A stretch of 64,000 bases of DNA. Origin: a virus. Below the pieces are notes generated by a model. The model did not search any database, was not told the origin of the DNA, and saw only the letters and a list, made by a program, of their open reading frames with translations. Positions 28,276-37,484 of this stretch are shown here, one piece after another. The stretch covers positions 1 through 64,000 of the IMG/VR virus record IMGVR_UViG_3300009788_000005. The stretch is one strand, 5' to 3'. Position 1 is the stretch's first letter; each line of letters starts with the position of its first letter. The translations under genes were made by a program, and so were the position numbers.

Positions 28276-29998
28276 AACCCTCAGGAATACCTTCTATATG
28301 CTCATATAGATAATTCATAACTGTACCATGCTCCTCCTTAGATAGCTCATCTATGAGCCTCTTACTACCCTCCTCCAAGATCTTATGCCCCTGATCAAAA
28401 AAAGCTAGTATATCAAATTTATAAGCATCCTTATTTTTCCTGGTACCTCTACCTATAGATCCCTGTACTAAGCTTATCTCATTACCCGTAGATTCCCAAT
28501 TAATCCATACCTCTATGTTAGGTATATTTAATCCTTTCTTTATAACCCTATTAGCAACTAATACCCGAATATCTCCCGATCTAAATCTATCTAAAATAGC
28601 AGATCTATTTTTTGTCTTACCATCAATATATCCTACCCTATCAAATATAAGACCAAAATCTAATATCTTTTCAAATAACCATCTACCGTACCCAATTCTA
28701 GCAGCCCCAAAATAAAATATTATTTGCTTATCCAGTAACTTAAGATCTCTAAGCTTTTCTACTACAATATCAAGCCTATCCATAGATCTATAAATATACC
28801 TATCCTTTACATAACCTACATTATTAGACCTAACCCCTCTAATATCATTAAGTAATACATGTACATGAGGCTCTAAGCTTACTCCTTTCTCAACATTATC
28901 AGCAGTTGTTACCTCATACCTTTGACTACCAAACAACCCCAATACGGTATACCTATTTTTACCCTTATCACTTTTTAACGGGGTACCTGAATACCCTATC
29001 TGTAATCCTGGACTTGTCTTACCTATAAAATCTAAAGACTGCTTACCCGTAAAAGTTTCACACTCATCATACATACACAAATTAAACCTAAACAAATCCT
29101 CTACTATTATCTTACTTGATCTTATCCTAGCTTCTACAGTTTGCACCATACATATAGTAAAGTCTGTAAAGGTATCCCATTTGGGTTGCTTAGTTATACC
29201 TTGAGACTTTAACTCCGCCCTAATCATAGCCTTATTTGCTGCCACAACCCCCACATCAAACCCCATACCTAAGTATTCTGCTACAGCTTTAGCACACAAT
29301 ATAGCATCCCTAAAAGGCATCAATACTTTAGCATGTACTACATTCAAAACAAAACACGCTGCCAAAATAGTCTTCCCAAAATTTACCGCCAAATCAAGCA
29401 ATACAGAATTAAAATATTGCCCCATCTGTTTTCTGTCTGTAAAAGTATGCCTAACCTTATCTATAACAGGTTTTTGATCTTCTCTAAGTTTGTAATCTCC
29501 TACTGAGTATACCGGATCTTTTGTTAACCTAATAAAATTTCTCCTTTGGTCTTTAATATCATACAATATCTCTCCATACTCTGTAACTATATCAACAGAC
29601 TGTAGCAACATTAAAACACCTCTCAATAACCCGGATCTAAACTTTAGTCTTCTACCCGCAAAATACAATCTAAATACCGATGAATATCCGTCCGACATTT
29701 GCCAAGCCTTAAACTTTAACCCTAACTTAGTCCTACTATCATCAGTATACTGATACATATTTATATACTTACCAGTAATATGGTAACATAAATAGTTTTG
29801 AAAAAATACAGACTCTACATCAGGAGCTAAAGACTTTAAATGATCCTCATTATTATAATCGAAACCACACTTATTAACCTTCTCCCAACTCCTCACATAA
29901 TCGTTATAGGAATAGTAATCTCTTATATCCTCTAACACACTTTTAGGCTCATCATCTCTTTCAAGTATAACCCACTGATTTGTTAAATATATTACCAT
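28268..29998 (-). CDS. SF2 (UvsW/DEAD-like) helicase
   Basis: LREDQ, AVNFGKT, YDECE, GYSGTP, KGLNIPNI, QGSIGRGTR. Confidence 0.9.
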   Translation of the reverse strand: MVIYLTNQWVILERDDEPKSVLEDIRDYYSYNDYVRSWEKVNKCGFDYNNEDHLKSLAPDVESVFFQNYLCYHITGKYINMYQYTDDSRTKLGLKFKAWQMSDGYSSVFRLYFAGRRLKFRSGLLRGVLMLLQSVDIVTEYGEILYDIKDQRRNFIRLTKDPVYSVGDYKLREDQKPVIDKVRHTFTDRKQMGQYFNSVLLDLAVNFGKTILAACFVLNVVHAKVLMPFRDAILCAKAVAEYLGMGFDVGVVAANKAMIRAELKSQGITKQPKWDTFTDFTICMVQTVEARIRSSKIIVEDLFRFNLCMYDECETFTGKQSLDFIGKTSPGLQIGYSGTPLKSDKGKNRYTVLGLFGSQRYEVTTADNVEKGVSLEPHVHVLLNDIRGVRSNNVGYVKDRYIYRSMDRLDIVVEKLRDLKLLDKQIIFYFGAARIGYGRWLFEKILDFGLIFDRVGYIDGKTKNRSAILDRFRSGDIRVLVANRVIKKGLNIPNIEVWINWESTGNEISLVQGSIGRGTRKNKDAYKFDILAFFDQGHKILEEGSKRLIDELSKEEHGTVMNYLYEHIEGIPEGCG

Positions 29999-30964
29999 TT
30001 AGAATTTATTAATTTTAGGTATTGATTTCTTCTTACTCTTTACTTCCTTCTTTACTTTATCCCTGTATTCTATGTACCTATCTATAGCACCCGGTCCGCA
30101 CAAATAACCAAGCTCTATATCAATATTTCTCTGACCCGAAAAATTATTATTGTAAACTAATAACTGAGATTCTATCCATAAAGGTATATACTTTTCACTA
30201 GCTTTAGCTGAGGAGTCTTTAGCCGTAGATCTAGCCTCCATCAACAATTCAAAAGCTATTAAAAACTTATACCTATACTTTATATTATTACTAAATATAT
30301 CCGTAGACCTATCCGTAATTTTCATAAAAACACCGATCATACTTAAAGTATAGTCCTTATACTTATCATGAGCTACCTTATAATATTCACTCAATATAGA
30401 TCCTGCCTCAGATTGTACATTAGCATCTAAATACGCCTTAATAGAAAACTTCCTTTTGTTACGTAATAACGGAGTAACTATATCAATATATACCTTATAA
30501 AACTCTACCCTGTTTTTAGCAGTATTGGTAGGTCCTATATCCTTCCAGATATCCTCTACTACTTTCCATAAAGATATTAGATCATTATAAGCAGCCGTAC
30601 CTACTACAAACCTCTTAATAAAAGATCTATCCTGCTTCAGTATAACTACCCTAGCCTCATAAACAATATCATTTAATATCTCCACATAATGCTTAGGAGC
30701 TTTAGATACCCTCTTTAATATCTCCGCCTTAGATACTTTACCCTTACCACTAATTTGTATAGTAATTAAATCATCAGGTATAGTTGCATAACCTTCAGAT
30801 TTCTTTGCCAACTCTTTAACAAATCTTTCTACCTGGGTAGGTGTAAAATTTTTACACGCCTTAATCATTGCAGCCTGTACAGATTTCTCCTGTAGTATCA
30901 ACTTAATAGTAGCCTCAACAGTCAATATTACTACAGGATTCTTATCTGATTTACTAACAGTCAT
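29999..30964 (-). CDS. hypothetical protein in the replication module
   Basis: 321-aa ORF; contains an in-frame palindrome (CKNFT). Confidence 0.75.
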   Translation of the reverse strand: MTVSKSDKNPVVILTVEATIKLILQEKSVQAAMIKACKNFTPTQVERFVKELAKKSEGYATIPDDLITIQISGKGKVSKAEILKRVSKAPKHYVEILNDIVYEARVVILKQDRSFIKRFVVGTAAYNDLISLWKVVEDIWKDIGPTNTAKNRVEFYKVYIDIVTPLLRNKRKFSIKAYLDANVQSEAGSILSEYYKVAHDKYKDYTLSMIGVFMKITDRSTDIFSNNIKYRYKFLIAFELLMEARSTAKDSSAKASEKYIPLWIESQLLVYNNNFSGQRNIDIELGYLCGPGAIDRYIEYRDKVKKEVKSKKKSIPKINKF

Positions 30965-30993
30965 TAGTACAAATTAACCTAAATAAATTCAAC

Positions 30994-32055
30994 TTACCAT
31001 AACAACACACTACCCCCTACTTTACCCCTGTATGTTTTCTGTCCCTGCTTAACAACCCTACCCAATTCTTCATAGTAAATATTAGGCGTTATACGTATTG
31101 CCTCTTTGGATAACTTCATCACATAATCCTTACCCTGCTCATTAGCATCACCCTTATCCATATCTATAGCATAGATAGGTTTATCTGTTGCTTGGCTTAA
31201 GATATAAGCCGCATGTATTGAATCTCTCCAGGCTCCCTCATCAAACAAAAAATAATAACTACTACAACTAAAACCTAATAATTTTCTACACTGAATTATA
31301 GATAATGTCTTTCCTTGTATTCCTATGGCATTTTCCATAGTAATAACATCAGCTATACCTTCACAAACAAAAATACTTTCTGTTTTTACACACGCATTCC
31401 ATTCATTATAAAGTACCTCCGACTTTCCAAAAGGGGTTTCATGTTCTTTAGGATTTAACCACCTGTAGGAATGTTCTTTTTTTGCATACCGTGCCTGAAA
31501 ATATACTAACTTTCCTACACTATCTTTAAAAGGAAATATTATACGCCTAAAATACCTACCTGACTTCTTAACATACCCTACCCCATAACCATTTGAAAGT
31601 ACCTCTATAGAAAAGTCTCTATTAGATAAATACTCTCTAGCCTCATCAGCTAACTTACCTCCTCCCTCATCTATAGGTATAAAGTCACTGGGTAATTTAC
31701 AATGAATAGGTCTAACTACAACATCATCCTTACGTAAATCAGATCTAGGTATAAATCCATTTATAACTTTCCCTACTTGCTGATAACTAACGTCCTCACA
31801 GTATTGCACATAGTCTACTATACTTGCCCATCCCTGAGAATATTCACAACTACTCTGATAACATTTTATAGTATTAGTATCCGGGTGATAGTGTCCAGAT
31901 CTACCTAGATCCTCCAAACAAGCAGAACAAGCATAATGATAATACTTGCCTACCTTCTTTGTATCGTGCGTGGTATATAACCACTCAAGACATTTATCAT
32001 TAAAAGACATATACGTTTTGTAAATTGGGGTAAGGAAAGAATTGTACAGCCCCAT
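30994..32055 (-). CDS. DNA primase
   Basis: N-terminal CSAC...C....C zinc domain; YLSNR; RIIFPF; TOPRIM VCEGIAD, FDEG, DANE. Confidence 0.88.
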   Translation of the reverse strand: MGLYNSFLTPIYKTYMSFNDKCLEWLYTTHDTKKVGKYYHYACSACLEDLGRSGHYHPDTNTIKCYQSSCEYSQGWASIVDYVQYCEDVSYQQVGKVINGFIPRSDLRKDDVVVRPIHCKLPSDFIPIDEGGGKLADEAREYLSNRDFSIEVLSNGYGVGYVKKSGRYFRRIIFPFKDSVGKLVYFQARYAKKEHSYRWLNPKEHETPFGKSEVLYNEWNACVKTESIFVCEGIADVITMENAIGIQGKTLSIIQCRKLLGFSCSSYYFLFDEGAWRDSIHAAYILSQATDKPIYAIDMDKGDANEQGKDYVMKLSKEAIRITPNIYYEELGRVVKQGQKTYRGKVGGSVLLW

Positions 32056-32206
32056 ATGAAAACTGAGACACTACAAACCCACACTTACTACATATATCCT
32101 CAGACTCACATACAATATATCCATGCACTCTATCAAATACCCTAGTTTTTATATCATTACTACCACAACAAGTACAATTATCCACAGGATTACCTACTAC
32201 TACCAT
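32000..32206 (-). CDS. small zinc-ribbon protein
   Basis: CTCCGS...CSKCG; ATG 3 nt after a palindrome. Confidence 0.55.
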   Translation of the reverse strand: MVVVGNPVDNCTCCGSNDIKTRVFDRVHGYIVCESEDICSKCGFVVSQFSYGAVQFFPYPNLQNVYVF

Positions 32207-32353
32207 ATCTGTAAAATTTTTACACCCCCTACCAATACTATTTATTTCTCTTCTAACAGCCTAAAACTTACCTACCCTTATCTACATACCAAAATTACTA
32301 TATCCCTTAACACACCTAACCTAGTAACCTACTGGCTATAATACACCTGTATA

Positions 32354-32959
32354 TTAGATACTACTAATATCTATAGTTTCTACTAAGGGCTTTTCCAACT
32401 TAAGTATATACAAATCCTCAGGACAATCAGTAGCCCCAGGATCATACATTTTACCCGGATACTCTATAGCCGTAACTCTTCTAGCTAACCACCTATTAAA
32501 CCTAATACGGACCTTCTTTACCTTATCCTTAAGGATATACTTAGGAATCACAGTAATTAATACTCCTCCAGGCTGTAGTAAGTATCTGTAATTATAAACA
32601 ATATGATGTATAATAAGATCTGTTTCAAAGGGAGGATTTAATATCAAGCAATCAAACATATCTATAAAATCTATACTATAATTTACTAAACTAAAACAGT
32701 TATGATATATAGAAATATAGCCTCCCGTTAAACTAGCCTCCCTCAAAATCTCAAACACATCAGTATTATACTCTATACCCCATACAATCAAATCTCCATA
32801 ATCCTTATCTGGATCAAGACTGTCTACGTAAGTCTTTAATAACCTACCATACCCTGCACTAGTATCTCCCACACATTTAAACCTACGATCACCCAACATA
32901 CACACCATCAACTTAGCCACCTCTATAGGAGTTTCTTTAATATTTACTGTCTTTTCCAT
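32354..32959 (-). CDS. N6-adenine/N4-cytosine-type methyltransferase
   Basis: TP..VAKLM, motif I DTSAGYG, motif IV ILNPPF, LQPGGVL; start re-placed at MEKTVN. Confidence 0.75.
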   Translation of the reverse strand: MEKTVNIKETPIEVAKLMVCMLGDRRFKCVGDTSAGYGRLLKTYVDSLDPDKDYGDLIVWGIEYNTDVFEILREASLTGGYISIYHNCFSLVNYSIDFIDMFDCLILNPPFETDLIIHHIVYNYRYLLQPGGVLITVIPKYILKDKVKKVRIRFNRWLARRVTAIEYPGKMYDPGATDCPEDLYILKLEKPLVETIDISSI

Positions 32960-32989
32960 AACACAATATAACTGTAACCCCATAAATAA

Positions 32990-33015
32990 CAAAAGCCCCA
33001 ACATTGGGGCTTTTG
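32990..33015. terminator. terminator downstream of the ParB-like gene (possibly bidirectional)
   Basis: CAAAAGCCCCA-ACAT-TGGGGCTTTTG perfect inverted repeat. Confidence 0.7.
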
Positions 33016-33047
33016 CAGGAAAAAAATAAACGTGTGAGAAGTATATT

Positions 33048-34199
33048 TTAACTTACTCCCCCTCCATCAGGATTTTCCTGAAAGTTTGCAGCCATTATAA
33101 GGGCATGGGCCATTTCTTCCGCTGAGTGTGACTGCACTTGAGCATCCATCATAACCTGCACAATATCATCTACAAGTCCCCCTTTAAACCGCTTACCGAA
33201 AGGAACATCTTTCTTTTGCCTTTCTACCGTAGATTGTTCATCCTGGATCATATTTACCAGATTACCGCACTCCTCTGCAAAGCTGTAACGCTTTTTAGTT
33301 GTAGGGGTTGCAGCAGCTTCTACATGCTTAGCAGTAACTTTAATTTTACCTTCTCCAGCAGCTTTTTCCTGAGCAACCTTAGCAATCTCAGCAGCAGATT
33401 GTTTTTCTCCTTCTTCCTGAGCAAGTACAGCAGCCTTAGAGGCAGCAGCCAAACTCAACCAACCCTCCTCAATACCTTTAAGCAATTTCTTATCCCGTCC
33501 TGCACGGAGATAATAATGTACTGCCGTCCTACCCATACCTACCTGCTTAGCAATATCCACTACAGACATACCAAGATCATCTTCCAACTTAGCCAAGTTC
33601 ACACACTTCTGATAATTTGACCACTGCTCATGAGTATTATTACTTACTTGCCGGAGTAATAGCATTGCTTCCCCCTCAGGACCTACAGGCTTTTCTACAA
33701 TCTGTACCGCAATCAAATTCTTATCCGCATCACTTCCAGGCCAAACAGCCATCTTAAGTATCACACCTGCCTCATCCTTAATAGTCCCCTTCATGATTTC
33801 ATCAAAGCCATACAGACGACGGAAACCTTCAACAAGCTTAAGCTTAAACTGATTATTACCCCTGGCTTTTATATCCGTAACATAAGCCTCTACGGCAGTA
33901 GTCTGACCATTAACCCCCAAAGATCGTACCCACTCAGTAGGAGTAGTTTTCTTTACCTCATTCTTACCTCCTCTTGGATTATCATTATAAGATACGATAA
34001 TCTGAGCGCGAGGTATCAAAATAATCATACCCGGCTGAGGTTTTTCAGGTAAACCTACAGTAAGTAATCCCACAATAGGGGTATCCTTCTTAGCGGGAGA
34101 TTCTTTGGCAGCTCCATTACCTTTGGAATTCTTAGCAATATTCTTTGCTACACCCTTAGTAGCGGGTTTTTCTTTTGTAGATGTTTCAACTTTTACCAT
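33048..34199 (-). CDS. ParB/Srx-family protein with HTH
   Basis: NPR box, G..TAVE, LVEGFRRL (GxRR), QVSNN, HTH MSVVDIAKQVGMGRTAVHYYL. Confidence 0.85.
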   Translation of the reverse strand: MVKVETSTKEKPATKGVAKNIAKNSKGNGAAKESPAKKDTPIVGLLTVGLPEKPQPGMIILIPRAQIIVSYNDNPRGGKNEVKKTTPTEWVRSLGVNGQTTAVEAYVTDIKARGNNQFKLKLVEGFRRLYGFDEIMKGTIKDEAGVILKMAVWPGSDADKNLIAVQIVEKPVGPEGEAMLLLRQVSNNTHEQWSNYQKCVNLAKLEDDLGMSVVDIAKQVGMGRTAVHYYLRAGRDKKLLKGIEEGWLSLAAASKAAVLAQEEGEKQSAAEIAKVAQEKAAGEGKIKVTAKHVEAAATPTTKKRYSFAEECGNLVNMIQDEQSTVERQKKDVPFGKRFKGGLVDDIVQVMMDAQVQSHSAEEMAHALIMAANFQENPDGGGVS

Positions 34200-34244
34200 G
34201 TTGGATTATATTTGTTTTTGTTATTTTTAATACAACTTATAATC

Positions 34245-34306
34245 CAAAGGTAAGGATTACAGTTTTTATAAACAAGGATTTTTCAAAAAAGCGTAAAATT
34301 TTTACA
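34245..34306 (-). promoter_or_regulatory. promoter of the ParB-like gene with adjacent palindrome variant
   Basis: TACCTTTG (-7) at 34245-34252; one-mismatch palindrome at 34292-34306. Confidence 0.6.
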
Positions 34307-34310
34307 CTCT

Positions 34311-36086
34311 CTAAGCATCTTCTAACTGCTCCTCAGAAAACTGATAACCTAAAGAACCCTTTTTCTTTTTACCTGTAGGGGTATTTTCTCCTGATGACTG
34401 CTCCTCCCAAAATTCAGGACAATTATCCATATGTATTTGCCTATCTATAGGACTAGCAGTCATTATATCATAATCAATATGCAAATATTCTACTACATGA
34501 TCCCCACCATCTCTATCTCTATCCATCCATAATACTAATCTCCTATACCCCTTTTCTTTTTCTTCTTCAGTAGCTAAAGATACTACAGCACACTCAACAT
34601 CATAACCTATATTCCCCGTACCGGCTATCTTTAAATTTCTAAGTCTAAATTTCTCATCCGTTAGTTTTTCATAATCCTTAGGAGCCTCTATCATTAACAT
34701 ATAGATGTTATGCCTATCCCGTAATTCTTTCAGATCTGCGTAATTTTCTCGTATGGCCTGCCAATAATTCAGATCCCTATTATCAGATTTTAAATGCTGT
34801 CCCCAATCTATAATAACTACTTTGGGTCTACTATCGTCACTGAAAAAATTAGTTGGGTCTTCCTTCAACTGAACTATCAACTTATCTAGTTTACCGGGAG
34901 TACAGGATTTAATATACTCTAACCTAATATCCCCTCCTGATTCTGCCTTAATTTTTTCTAAAGTATCATTCAACTTATCCAACAAAGACACATATACCTT
35001 ATCAGGATCAAAATATTTATCTCCCTTGTTACTCAACTCTCTCCAATCATCGTACCCCTGAGGATTTTTCTTTATAGCTTCATAAATTCTAACTACAGTC
35101 TTCCAATTATTTACTTGCTTTTTCTTCCCCTCTATAACTACTTCTTTCTTCCCGTCTTTATAAGATCTAATCCTATACACTTTCTCCCCCTGCAAATATA
35201 TTCTATCTTCCTCATACTGCTTAACTGATTTTATTATATGAGAAGTATCTACCCATACCCCACTATAAAACCACTCCTTAGGAGCCTGTAACAAAGACTG
35301 ATAAAACCTCCTCTCCATCTTAAGTTTACCATTCTCCAAATCAGCAAATAAAACATCAGCCCCCTGCTTAACCAAATCTACTGCTACATTCTGACTTAAT
35401 CCCGACTTAAAGGACTTAGGCCCCGCTATAACAATCGTAATACCTCTAAAGTAAAGTACTATACTTTCATAACAAGTCTTTAACCCTTCTAACTGTTCTA
35501 ACTCCTCCAGGCTATGTACCTTATCAAATATATAAACCCCCTCCGACTCCTCATTAAGTATATCAGAATTAAGCTTATCTATAAATAACTTTCTTTCTCT
35601 GTAGCTCCACTTTATAACCTCTATAGGATCTACATCATCTAACCTTAATTTCTCTGCCTCATCCCTAATCAATTTAGATAAAAAACAATGTACAATAAAT
35701 CCTATTAATTGTGCTATAGTGTAATCCTCATCTTCAGGAGGCTTAAATAAAGCCCTCTCAAAATTACGTAGATCCTGCTTATCCTCTGAGGAACTTAATT
35801 TTAACCATTTTTGAAAAGGATTACTATCTTTTTTTATCTGCCGATATACTTCCTTACTGGGAAGATCTGTATACTCTCCATAATAAGTACCTAATAACTC
35901 TACAATTCTTTGGGCAGCAGATGAACTAAAAGTTTCCTTAAATACCGTAGCATCTACCTCTTTAAAATACTTAAAAAGACGTAAGCCCAACTGCTGAACT
36001 TTGGGCTTAATTTGTCCGTCCGGCAAACGATCTTTCCAGAGTAACCGGGAAATCATTTTTAGCTGTACCTCAGGGGTATACTTCAT
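34311..36086 (-). CDS. DnaB-like (SF4) replicative helicase with internal insertion
   Basis: IAGPKSFKS (Walker A variant), LFADLENG, VIIDWGQHL, WMDRD. Confidence 0.8.
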   Translation of the reverse strand: MKYTPEVQLKMISRLLWKDRLPDGQIKPKVQQLGLRLFKYFKEVDATVFKETFSSSAAQRIVELLGTYYGEYTDLPSKEVYRQIKKDSNPFQKWLKLSSSEDKQDLRNFERALFKPPEDEDYTIAQLIGFIVHCFLSKLIRDEAEKLRLDDVDPIEVIKWSYRERKLFIDKLNSDILNEESEGVYIFDKVHSLEELEQLEGLKTCYESIVLYFRGITIVIAGPKSFKSGLSQNVAVDLVKQGADVLFADLENGKLKMERRFYQSLLQAPKEWFYSGVWVDTSHIIKSVKQYEEDRIYLQGEKVYRIRSYKDGKKEVVIEGKKKQVNNWKTVVRIYEAIKKNPQGYDDWRELSNKGDKYFDPDKVYVSLLDKLNDTLEKIKAESGGDIRLEYIKSCTPGKLDKLIVQLKEDPTNFFSDDSRPKVVIIDWGQHLKSDNRDLNYWQAIRENYADLKELRDRHNIYMLMIEAPKDYEKLTDEKFRLRNLKIAGTGNIGYDVECAVVSLATEEEKEKGYRRLVLWMDRDRDGGDHVVEYLHIDYDIMTASPIDRQIHMDNCPEFWEEQSSGENTPTGKKKKGSLGYQFSEEQLEDA

Positions 36087-36292
36087 TAGCCGTTCAAGCA
36101 GTTAGGGTCTAACACACGCTCAATAGCAAGGAATCCTGCTGTATCTCCCTGAGATATCTTCATAGTCTTAACTTTGTAATCTCTCTCACACTGAGCCAAT
36201 ACAATATACCCTTCCCAAAATCTAACTATAGACGCTTCCCTTTTCATCTCAGCAACAGCATTTTTTATGTATGCTTTTAAATAAGTCATCAA
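36086..36292 (-). CDS. hypothetical protein
   Basis: 68-aa ORF. Confidence 0.5.
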   Translation of the reverse strand: MMTYLKAYIKNAVAEMKREASIVRFWEGYIVLAQCERDYKVKTMKISQGDTAGFLAIERVLDPNCLNG

Positions 36293-36504
36293 CTACCTGA
36301 AGCACATCCCTCTTTAATTAACCTTTGTGATTCTTTACACGATATAGGAATTTCCTTAACTACCTCTTTACACCCATTAAAAAATAAAATAGAGGGCTTT
36401 GAAATACCTCTCCAATTAATATTAATCATAATCTCCATGATGATAAATTATTTAAGAATTATAGTAAATTATACACCTAAGGTAAGGATTTGATTTACTC
36501 TATC

Positions 36505-36843
36505 CTAATTCCCTACCTCCCTATCCTTACATACTCTCCTAGGAAAAGCACACATACCCAATTTTTTATCCATCCTATTCCAAAAAGTATCATAATCCTC
36601 AATAGATACTTTATCCATCAAAAACCCTAGCTCCGCTAAAGAATAGCATGACCCTCTATATACCTGATCACCCTTCCTATCCATAACTATAATACCTGAC
36701 TTATACACATTCAGAAAATGCTTTACAGGGGCAGATAATACGATATCATAAACCTTACACTGCTCCCCAGATGTACCTATAAAAGTCCATCCTAAAGGTT
36801 TAAATAGTTCAGGGTCTAATTCAAATAAATTTTGCATACCCAA
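36505..36843 (-). CDS. hypothetical protein
   Basis: 112-aa ORF; start probably MQNLFE (36837). Confidence 0.6.
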   Translation of the reverse strand: MGMQNLFELDPELFKPLGWTFIGTSGEQCKVYDIVLSAPVKHFLNVYKSGIIVMDRKGDQVYRGSCYSLAELGFLMDKVSIEDYDTFWNRMDKKLGMCAFPRRVCKDREVGN

Positions 36844-36902
36844 AGATACCTAACCCCAGGTAATTAACAAACCTCCAAAACTATCTTCAATGTGTAAAAA
36901 TT

Positions 36903-37484
36903 TTACAGATGATGAGGGTGATCATCTACATCAAACCTACCTCCAAAATCAGGTTTAACTGTACCCCAACTACTGAGAGCAGAGCTATCATTCTCCTTTA
37001 ATAAACAATCATCTGTAGGCAGACAAGGATACAAACTCTTATTATCTTGTAGCCATATCTTAAACATCTCTAAAGACTCTTCCACAGCTATCTTCAAACC
37101 AGATACAAAACCCTCAAACTGTCCCTCTTCGAATTTCTGAGGAAACTTTAACCCCTCTTTTGTAAGTATAGCATATCCTGACTTACGTACATACAAATAT
37201 TCCGTACCATCAACTATAACCATAGTAGCCATATCTATAAGATCTATCCACCTCTGCTCTATAGCTACTTGATTATCTTCAAAATCCTTAATAGCATCAC
37301 ATATCTCCTTAAAACAATCCCCTAAAGGCTGCTTCAAATATTTTATCTGGGCACCATCAAGATGCTTAGTAACTTTATTAGTATCTAAATGAGCATCAAG
37401 TAAAGTTGACTGATCAAATAAACACTTCAGGGTTATAAAAAAACACCTGGAAGCACACTTAGTACATCCTCTTCCTGTTGACAT
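36903..37484 (-). CDS. putative head-tail connector protein
   Basis: Directly after the portal; AQIKYLKQPLG...WLQDNKSLYP resembles Bacteroidota phage connector-type proteins. Confidence 0.5.
   Translation of the reverse strand: MSTGRGCTKCASRCFFITLKCLFDQSTLLDAHLDTNKVTKHLDGAQIKYLKQPLGDCFKEICDAIKDFEDNQVAIEQRWIDLIDMATMVIVDGTEYLYVRKSGYAILTKEGLKFPQKFEEGQFEGFVSGLKIAVEESLEMFKIWLQDNKSLYPCLPTDDCLLKENDSSALSSWGTVKPDFGGRFDVDDHPHHL

Noticed and set aside
24419-36086. Inteins or introns explaining the insertions in polymerase and helicase
   Set aside because: No C/S...HN-C/S/T splice junctions or LAGLIDADG motifs seen, and the ORFs are continuous
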